Assembly: GCA_963719505.1 (NCBI GenBank)
Contig: CAVRCF010000003.1
Location: forward strand, 96,001-160,000
Direction of reading: 5' to 3'
DNA length: 64,000 nt
Source of the DNA: Halobacteriovoraceae bacterium
GTDB lineage: Bacteria; Bdellovibrionota; Bacteriovoracia; Bacteriovoracales; Bacteriovoracaceae
Shown here: positions 57,601 through 64,000 of the stretch, one piece after another
Layout: every line of letters begins with the position of its first letter
How positions within the stretch are numbered: the stretch's first letter is position 1
Program-made: the position numbers and the translations under genes
The notes under the pieces: model-generated
Seen by the model: only the letters and a program-made list of their open reading frames with translations
The model's database searches: none
Told to the model about the DNA's origin: nothing

Positions 57601-57693
57601 GAGCTCCATTACAGCAATAACACCAGCGATGGTGATGAGGATAGCTATGACCCCTGCAAAGACGGGGCGTTTTATAAAAAAACTCGAAATCAT
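54601..57693 (-). CDS. HAE1 RND efflux pump (AcrB/MexB-like)
   Basis: FFIKRPVFA, LVDDVIVV, AKNAILIVEFA, RFRPILMTS. Confidence 0.95.
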   Translation of the reverse strand: MISSFFIKRPVFAGVIAILITIAGVIAVMELPIQQYPQVAPPEVVINTVYPGASAETLEKTVTQVIEQKMTGLQNLRYFSSRSNSNGTASITLTFEIGTEPDIAQIQVQNKLSEAVPSLPSQVQQLGIKVNKSIGNFQLVTSFYSSDGKVSQQEISDFITTRISEPIERIRGVGRVQVFGPQNAMRIWLNPKKMNFYQITASDVFAQIGNQNKQLSSGQIGGAPSIDAQQLNATIIAKGLYTKVEDFQNIFLKVLPDGSRLLLKDIARVEIGSESYNTVKRYKGKNAAGFGMYLSAGANALDTIELVKKELKKLEPSFPPGVEVSFPVDASPFIKTSIAGVIQTLAIAMILVVLVMYLFLQSFTATLIPVISIPVVLLGTFAIMLASGFSINVLTLFACVLSIGMLVDDVIVVTENFKSRLENNKDIEPEKAAKETMKQLSGALIGTTMVVWAVFTPMLFFSGSSGVIYKNFSITILAAMTLSLFIALTLAPSLCRSLVKKGTQENFFFRKFNLFFDKTQNKYESSLNSFLSKTKTSFVLFVGLLLVTGFLFYKIPGTFLPDEDQGRVFTLVQGPQNATFNRMLPVIKKVEKFFLEDSKDAIKDIFTVIGFSFSGQGQNTAIGFVNFKDYDKRSDDVNSVFSIAKRANKEFAKIEDARVFVLVPPPISQLGNANGFKFQLVDSAGLGYDKLVDAKNQFLGLTSKDNQFASARANALPSNPQYKLNLDERRALAYKIPIAELNTTLSSAWGGSYVNDFIEDGRVKRVFIQGDKEYRMKPDDVSLWYVRNTQGKMISLGDVTSGAWSYGAPQLQRFNGNSSIEIQGQASPGVTTDTIMNKIMKLKEKLPRGFDIEWTGLSFEEKASGSQVVILYSLAIVAIFLSLAALYESWTIPFSILLVLPLGILGASLSTWLAGEANDVYFKVGILLTLALTAKNAILIVEFARSLVDDGEDLKDAVVKACKERFRPILMTSLTFFLGIIPLVFSSGPGSGAQNSIGAGLVGGIIAITFLVIYFSPLFFIAIMKLRRKK

Positions 57694-57706
57694 TTTTCTC
57701 CCACCT

Positions 57707-58792
57707 TTATTCTGATTTGGGCTTTTTGATTTGAATTGGTGTTCCCGCTTTTCTTATCTTCATAAGATTTGAGACAATGACTTTATCATTTTCTTTAAGT
57801 CCCTCTTTGACAATCCATCTCTTTTTTAGCATTTTGCCCATCTGTATCTTTTGACTTTTTGCTTTCCCATCTTTAGGCATCCAAACTTGTGCTTGTCCAG
57901 CTGGAGTCATCTGTACTGCTCTTTGGGGAATCATTATTTCATTTTGGTAGCTGATGTTAGAGATCAAAGCCTCAACATACATTGCCGGGATCAAGAGTCC
58001 CTCTTTATTTTTTACAAGTGCTCGCGCCGTAAGTGTACCAGTCGATTTTCCAAGACTTCTTTCGACAGAGACTATCTTGCCTCGAATTGGTGCAGCATCT
58101 TCTTGGATAAAAACTTCAATTTCTTGGTCCCTAAAGGAGTTTAAGGGAATAGACTTTATCTGAGATAGTGGCATGCTGAGGTCAACATAAACGTTTTCTG
58201 TATTGTAAATTTCCGCTAAAGATTCCAGCTGACCTTTTTGAACCAATTCTCCTACTGTAAAATTCGTTTTTCCAATATAACCACTAATGGGAGCTTTAAT
58301 ATAGGCGTCATCTACAATCACTTCAGCTTGTGAGATCTTAGACTTAGCTAAATTTACGGCAGATTGAATTTCACTAACTTTATTCTTGGCGCTGATATAT
58401 TCTTGCTCAGATATGGCCTGTGCCCTTTTAAGCTCTTTATACCTATTGTAGAGTGAAGTCGCTGTTTTTAGCTGAGACTGAACTCTGGAAAGTTCAGCTT
58501 GAGAACTTTCCAGTTGGGCTTCATAAGTTTTTGGTTCTATCTCATAAAGAACTTCGCCTTGATTAATAAAGCGCCCTTGCTCAAAAAGCCTTTTCTTGAT
58601 CACGCCAGTGACCTGTGGCCTGATTTTAGAGGATTTTGTGGCAACCACTCGTCCCAGAAACTTGTTTGTGACAACAACTCTTTCTTTTTTTATTGTTAGC
58701 ACTTCAACCACCACTGGTGGTGGTGCTTTTTTGGGAGCATCTTGTTCGCTGCATGAGATGATTGCTAAAATGAGAATTGGTAGTAAATTCAT
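57707..58792 (-). CDS. RND periplasmic adaptor subunit
   Basis: Lipobox IISC, IRPQVTG, IKAPISG, IPQRAV. Confidence 0.93.
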   Translation of the reverse strand: MNLLPILILAIISCSEQDAPKKAPPPVVVEVLTIKKERVVVTNKFLGRVVATKSSKIRPQVTGVIKKRLFEQGRFINQGEVLYEIEPKTYEAQLESSQAELSRVQSQLKTATSLYNRYKELKRAQAISEQEYISAKNKVSEIQSAVNLAKSKISQAEVIVDDAYIKAPISGYIGKTNFTVGELVQKGQLESLAEIYNTENVYVDLSMPLSQIKSIPLNSFRDQEIEVFIQEDAAPIRGKIVSVERSLGKSTGTLTARALVKNKEGLLIPAMYVEALISNISYQNEIMIPQRAVQMTPAGQAQVWMPKDGKAKSQKIQMGKMLKKRWIVKEGLKENDKVIVSNLMKIRKAGTPIQIKKPKSE

Positions 58793-59029
58793 TGTTTTTG
58801 ATTATGTGTGATACTGAGGTAAAAAGGATCGCTAAGTTTTCTTGAAAATGTGATTATTTCTTCACATTATTCATGTGTCAAGGCCATGCCTTGGCTTTTA
58901 TGAGTTGATTCATTAAAGTCTAATTCAATCCTCACTTTTTATAAAAAAGACAAACTATCCATTAGTTAAGACGTGGCTCTTTGGTCTATAATGCTTGGGA
59001 ATAATGAACCCAACCATAAAGAGAGTCCT

Positions 59030-59548
59030 ATGAACAAATTTTTTATTTTAGTCTTGAGCCTATTCCTATTCACAGCGGCCAAAAATATAGGTGAAGTAAA
59101 ACTTGAAACTACAGAGGGTGAGGTTATCACTTTATCGAAGTATAAAAATAAACCCGTACTCATTGTCAATATTGCGACTCGCTGTGGTTACACAGGACAA
59201 TTAGATGACCTTGAAAAAATTTATAAAAACTACAGCTCCCGTGGACTGGTGGTTTTAGGTTTACCGTCAAACGATTTTGGCAGTCAGACACCTGAAGAAA
59301 ATAAAGAGGTGGCAAAATTTTGTCGTTTAAAGTACGGAACGACTTTTCCTATTTTAAAAAAATCGAAGGTCACTGGAGAAAATAAGCATCCCATCATCAC
59401 TGAGCTTTTATTGAAAACGAATAAAGAAGAAATTTCTTGGAATTTTGAAAAGTTTCTTATTAAAAAAGATGGCTCGGTTACTCGCTTTGCCTCCAACGTG
59501 AATCCAAGTTCTAAAGAGTTTAAGCAAGCTATAGAAAGTGCTCTATGA
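59030..59548 (+). CDS. Glutathione peroxidase family protein (exported)
   Basis: VNIATRCGYT, PSNDFGSQ, WNFEKFL. Start at ATG 59030. Confidence 0.92.
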   Translation: MNKFFILVLSLFLFTAAKNIGEVKLETTEGEVITLSKYKNKPVLIVNIATRCGYTGQLDDLEKIYKNYSSRGLVVLGLPSNDFGSQTPEENKEVAKFCRLKYGTTFPILKKSKVTGENKHPIITELLLKTNKEEISWNFEKFLIKKDGSVTRFASNVNPSSKEFKQAIESAL

Positions 59549-59584
59549 TAATTAGTTGTTGATTAAAGCTCACATCAAGATAAA

Positions 59585-60319
59585 ATGAAATTCAATTTTT
59601 ATTTTGTGAGTTTGCCTATAAAAGGGATTTTACTTCTTTTTATCTGTGTCCCCTTTATTTGTGCGGCAGGAGATTTTTCAACTGGAATAGGTTATATCAA
59701 GCCGGGTGATTATAGGGTTGATAATGAAATTAACCCGCTTCCTCTGGGTATAAGTCTTTTACCCATTATCGCGTATCGTGGGGAAAGGTTAAATGTTCTT
59801 GGACCCAATATCTCTTATAAACTCATAAAAGGAGCCATTGCTTTTGATTTAAGATTAAATGCAGCAGGCGATAGGTACAAAGCCTACGAGGTAAAACAAA
59901 AAGGAGGAACCTTAAATACAGGGTTCCTTTTGAGGATCTTCTTTTTAAGCCTTCAGCACGGAGTGGATTTCTTTAACGTTTACCAAGGCCAAACTTCAAA
60001 TATTTTTCTTTCCAAACCCTTTTTCCTGAGTAAAAAGCTTATGATAATACCTCGGATTGGAAAAGAGTACTTAAGTTCTCAGTACACTAATTTTTATTAT
60101 GGAGTCTCTAGCGAGGAGACTGGATTCTTCAAGGAATATGAGATGAAAAGTGCTGCTAATGATTTCTATAATGTCTCAGTGAACTATATCCTCTCTAAAA
60201 ATCAATCCTTAAATCTATCCTATAGCTATAAGCGTTTTGATCAAGTAATAGCAGAATCTCCCACTATAAGTGAGAATGGTTTTTCAACTTTAGCGCTATT
60301 TTGGAATTTTGGGCTGTAA
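59585..60319 (+). CDS. MipA/OmpV family outer membrane protein
   Basis: LPIIAYRG, NFYYGVS, IAESP, aromatic beta-strand C-terminus. Confidence 0.8.
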   Translation: MKFNFYFVSLPIKGILLLFICVPFICAAGDFSTGIGYIKPGDYRVDNEINPLPLGISLLPIIAYRGERLNVLGPNISYKLIKGAIAFDLRLNAAGDRYKAYEVKQKGGTLNTGFLLRIFFLSLQHGVDFFNVYQGQTSNIFLSKPFFLSKKLMIIPRIGKEYLSSQYTNFYYGVSSEETGFFKEYEMKSAANDFYNVSVNYILSKNQSLNLSYSYKRFDQVIAESPTISENGFSTLALFWNFGL

Positions 60320-60379
60320 GTACCTGTTTTGTTCAGATTAAGATGGGGGACTTCAGGCTTCTTAATTTGTTACCGCTCA

Positions 60380-60407
60380 TTGACAATATTTTGAATGCCT
60401 TTAAACT
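60380..60407 (+). promoter_or_regulatory. Putative sigma-70 promoter
   Basis: TTGACA-N16-TAAACT upstream of the kinase gene. Confidence 0.45.
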
Positions 60408-60479
60408 AGGGGGATTAGCAATAGAATGTATAAAATGTAGGTTTCCATCATAGCTGTAGAAGATGGAGGAGATTTATTT

Positions 60480-62354
60480 GTGACACCAACCAGAGCTTCA
60501 ACATTTGAAGTCATCAAAAGTTTAAACCCAGATTCGATGGTGTTAGACGACAACTATCGGTTGATTACCGTTTTTGGAAAAGCGAAGATTCTTCTTGTTG
60601 ATTCTCAAGACCACATTAATAAAGACATTTCTGATTGCGTTTCACCGGCTTTTAATATTATTTTTAAAAAAAATCTCTCACGTGCAAAAAATGAAGGAAC
60701 TAGAAATTTTTCCGAAAAAATAATATCTCAAATTAACGGCGTAAAAATAGAAGGTGTTTTAAAGTTTACTTATGTTGAAAATAAACTCGACCACGACTTT
60801 TATATTGTATCTTTGCTTCCTATCCCTTTTGCGCCTCAAGATTTTACAAAAGACTTATTTTTAAAAGAGATTCAGCAGTTAGAGTCTGTTGGCAGTTTTT
60901 ATCATGACCTTAAAGAGTATAAGACTTATATTAGCTCCGAAATTAGCAAAATTTTTGAATTAGAGTCAGATAAAAATTTTAATATTTTGTTTAACTCAAA
61001 GTATTTTGACGAACATTCCAATAAAGAAATAGCTAGTAACCTGTTGACTCTAAAGTCTAGTGGTGAACAATTTCAAGGGGCCTACACAATTAACACTGAG
61101 CTTGGCAAGACCAAGCTCATAAAGCTTCAAGTAAAAGCCATCGACCTTGATCACAACGGAGAGATCTCCGGCTATGTCGGCACCATTAAGGATTCGACTC
61201 AACAAAACCTAGCGCAGGAGCGAACCAAACTTGCTCTCTCTGCTTCAGGAGCTTCATTTTGGGAATGGGATATTGAAACTAATGAAGTCTTTTTTGACGA
61301 AAAACTACTTGCGCTTTATGAGTTTCCAAGTGGGATTGAGCCCACAAAGTTATTCGAAACCTGGGCGGAGACTTTAGTGGGAGATGATAGAGCCATGGCA
61401 ACACAAGCGCTTAAAGACGCTGTCACTGGAAAAAAAGAATATAACCTTTATTTTAGAATAAAAACTCCCTCTGGTGTCATAAAATACATCCATGCAACAG
61501 GAAAGGTAATAAAAGATCGCAATGGAATAGGCGTTAGGATGCTTGGTGCTAAAATTGATGTCACAGATATCCTTAAAAAAGAAGAGCTCATAAAAGAGCA
61601 AAGACGGGTTGCTGACGTGTCTGTGAGAATGGCGCAGCTGGGAGAGCTAAGCATGGAATTGGGCCATGAGATAAACAATCCGCTGACGATCTGTATGAGT
61701 AGCGTCTCACTGCTTAAGATAAATCTCAAAGAGGTGGAGCTAAATGAGAAAAGTCATCGAAGTTTAGAGCTTCTTACAAAGGGTTTAGACCGTATAAATT
61801 CTTTGGTTAAGAATTTAAGGAACTATTTAAATTCTAGCAACGGCGATATTTTGAAAGAAATTGATGTAAACAATGCTATTAGAGAAAACTGTTCTTTGGT
61901 TGAAAACCTCACAAATAAATCAAAAGCGACCTTTGAACTGGATCTATGTTCCTCTCTCTTTATTGAATGTGACTCTGTTAAAATAAGTCAGGTTTTATTT
62001 AATCTTTTGTCGAATGCGATTTATGCTGTCAAAAATTCAGAGCAAAAAATTATACGTGTCTCGACTTTTACTCAAGAAGGTAGGGCGCTAGTAAAGGTTG
62101 ACGACTCGGGGTGTGGCATTTCTCTGGAGCACCAAGAGAAAATCTTTGAAAAATTTTTTACGACCAAGGGATTGCACGATGGAACAGGGATTGGGCTCAG
62201 CCTTTGTCGAGAAATAATTGAAAATATGGGAGGAACTATTAATTATGTCCCTTCCTCACTTGGGGGAGCATGCTTTTTAATCTCACTCAATCAATCACAA
62301 AAAAAGAAAAATATTAAACGCATAGAAGTAACAGCTAAAGAGCGTGCTTCTTAA
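60480..62354 (+). CDS. Cytoplasmic multi-PAS sensor histidine kinase
   Basis: PAS/PAC domains, GHEINNPL, NLLSNA, DSGCG, FFTTK, GTGIGL. Confidence 0.92.
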   Translation: MTPTRASTFEVIKSLNPDSMVLDDNYRLITVFGKAKILLVDSQDHINKDISDCVSPAFNIIFKKNLSRAKNEGTRNFSEKIISQINGVKIEGVLKFTYVENKLDHDFYIVSLLPIPFAPQDFTKDLFLKEIQQLESVGSFYHDLKEYKTYISSEISKIFELESDKNFNILFNSKYFDEHSNKEIASNLLTLKSSGEQFQGAYTINTELGKTKLIKLQVKAIDLDHNGEISGYVGTIKDSTQQNLAQERTKLALSASGASFWEWDIETNEVFFDEKLLALYEFPSGIEPTKLFETWAETLVGDDRAMATQALKDAVTGKKEYNLYFRIKTPSGVIKYIHATGKVIKDRNGIGVRMLGAKIDVTDILKKEELIKEQRRVADVSVRMAQLGELSMELGHEINNPLTICMSSVSLLKINLKEVELNEKSHRSLELLTKGLDRINSLVKNLRNYLNSSNGDILKEIDVNNAIRENCSLVENLTNKSKATFELDLCSSLFIECDSVKISQVLFNLLSNAIYAVKNSEQKIIRVSTFTQEGRALVKVDDSGCGISLEHQEKIFEKFFTTKGLHDGTGIGLSLCREIIENMGGTINYVPSSLGGACFLISLNQSQKKKNIKRIEVTAKERAS

Positions 62355-62434
62355 AAAAGACAAATATCAAAGCTGCTCTGGATGAACTTCCTGCTTTTTA
62401 CAAAAATTAATAAAAAGAAAAGGAAGACATAACT

Positions 62435-62881
62435 ATGAAAAAAAATATTTTGATCGTAGATGACGAAGAATTTATAGTTGAAAACCTAGCCGCTCTATTG
62501 GAAGGTGTCGTTGATAAAGCCTTTACAGCCTTCAATGGAAAAGAAGCTCTCGAGATCATAAAGTCAAATGACATTGTTTGCATTATTAGTGATATAAAAA
62601 TGCCACAGATGGATGGTGTCGAGCTTATTAAGGAAGTAAGAGCTCTAGGAGATGAAACCCCTTTTATCTTCTTTACTGCCCACGGTAACGATGAACTTAT
62701 GAAAGAGGTCGCAAAGCATGGAGCCTTTGATTTTATCGATAAGCCAGACTTTCAAGGTTTAGAGGAGATGATTACACGGGGACTTGTTAGGGGATTTGAT
62801 TTAGCGATTAAAACCGAAGCTAAAAAGAAAAGTTCTGAACAAATAACAAAAGAGTATAATGACCTTCTTGAAAAAAAATGA
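62435..62881 (+). CDS. Response regulator receiver protein
   Basis: IVDDE, SDIKMP, TAHG, KP. Confidence 0.92.
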   Translation: MKKNILIVDDEEFIVENLAALLEGVVDKAFTAFNGKEALEIIKSNDIVCIISDIKMPQMDGVELIKEVRALGDETPFIFFTAHGNDELMKEVAKHGAFDFIDKPDFQGLEEMITRGLVRGFDLAIKTEAKKKSSEQITKEYNDLLEKK

Positions 62882-64000
62882 CTATGGGGAGCCCTTTGCC
62901 TAAATTTTTACCAACTGACAAAGATAAGATTCACCTCGCTGAAGTTCTTGACCGATCTCTTTCTGAGGTCTTCGCTTTTGACGCCCAAAACTTTAAATTT
63001 TTGTATGTCAACCAAGGTGCTATTTCAAACCTAGGCTATGATGCATTCGAGTTGCAAGAGATGACACCTTGGGATCTTAAACCCCTAAACATACGAGAGT
63101 TTAAGAGTTTAATTGAACCGCTGGCAAAAGACGAAATTAAAAAACTTGAGTTTGAAACAAAACATATTCGGAAAAATGGATCGTCATATGACGTCCAGGT
63201 GTCGTTAGAAAAAGGAAGCTTCGGAGCAAAAGACTGCTTCTATGCGAATATTCTCGACATTAGCACCAGAAAAAATCTCTTAAATGATTTATTAATGTCT
63301 TCGCGGTTGAATACAATTGGAGAGATCGCTCAAAGTGTAGGTCACGAAATTAATAATCCACTTATGATTATTGAAATGGCGCTAAATAAGCTTGAAGATT
63401 CACTTATGGACAATCAACACTCAAGTGAAGGTGCAATCAATAAAAACTTAGGTCGAATTAAAAATGCATCCAAGAGAATTAAAAAAATAGCAGGAAGTTT
63501 GAGAAGCTTCTCAACGATTGAAAATTTCAGCAAGTCGGTTTGCAATTTAAAAGAGATGGTTCAAAAAGCTGTAGACTCTTATGCTGAAGTCTTGAGAGTC
63601 GAAAATATTCAACTCATCACAGATTTTAAGGAAGATGACTTCTATCTCTACTGTCATCCAGATGCCTTTAACGAAATCATCATTCACCTTTTAAGTAATG
63701 CTAAGGATGCATTGAGATCAAATAGTCGTCCAAAGATTATAACGATTGAAGTGCATTCGCTTGAAGATAAAATAAGTCTAAGTGTTACTGATAATGGACC
63801 AGGAATAGAGTCAGAAGTTTCACAAACACTTTTCCAAACATTTGTGACAACAAAAGCCAATTCTGGCGGAGCCGGTCTTGGTTTGTCCATTGCTAGGCAT
63901 ATCGCTTGCGAGTTTGGCGGCTCTCTTCAATACGATGCCTCATCAAGCGGTGGTAGCTGTTTTACCCTAGAGTTTCCTAAAGCACAAAAATCTCCTTTAC
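62878..64000 (+). CDS. PAS sensor histidine kinase (runs off the window end)
   Basis: Manually translated from ATG 62878: FLYVNQGA...HIRKNG PAS, GHEINNPL, HLLSNA, DNGPG, GLGL; no stop before 64000. Not in the ORF track. Confidence 0.9.
   Translation, partial: MTMGSPLPKFLPTDKDKIHLAEVLDRSLSEVFAFDAQNFKFLYVNQGAISNLGYDAFELQEMTPWDLKPLNIREFKSLIEPLAKDEIKKLEFETKHIRKNGSSYDVQVSLEKGSFGAKDCFYANILDISTRKNLLNDLLMSSRLNTIGEIAQSVGHEINNPLMIIEMALNKLEDSLMDNQHSSEGAINKNLGRIKNASKRIKKIAGSLRSFSTIENFSKSVCNLKEMVQKAVDSYAEVLRVENIQLITDFKEDDFYLYCHPDAFNEIIIHLLSNAKDALRSNSRPKIITIEVHSLEDKISLSVTDNGPGIESEVSQTLFQTFVTTKANSGGAGLGLSIARHIACEFGGSLQYDASSSGGSCFTLEFPKAQKSPL

Overview
AT-rich bacterial chromosomal window, densely coding, with no rRNA, tRNA or CRISPR array detected. 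Gene content (a secreted protein-glutaminase-like protein, a trypsin-like protein with an IYGEDNR N-terminus, a PLD lipoprotein, many orphan secreted proteins, sigma-28 and sigma-54 promoters) suggests a Bdellovibrionota/Bacteriovoracaceae-like organism; this is inference only. The most notable element is a ~14 kb biosynthetic cluster (17.5-31.4 kb) that I do not recognise. It encodes an acyl-CoA ligase, two KAS III enzymes, an SDR, two ACPs, a fatty acyl-AMP ligase, a stand-alone carboxyltransferase, a P450, a membrane LbH acyltransferase-like protein, a GH3-family amido synthetase and an MFS exporter. Its core operon has a consensus sigma-54 promoter, and an ISNCY/IS1202-like element has inserted beside the candidate enhancer site. 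Also present: a RimK-like ATP-grasp/GNAT-C39/M14 peptidase module, proBAC, katG, a fatty acid cis-trans isomerase, a collagen-like lipoprotein, a trypsin homologue lacking all three catalytic residues, a ClC transporter, an RND efflux operon and a PAS two-component cluster. Several genes look leaderless.
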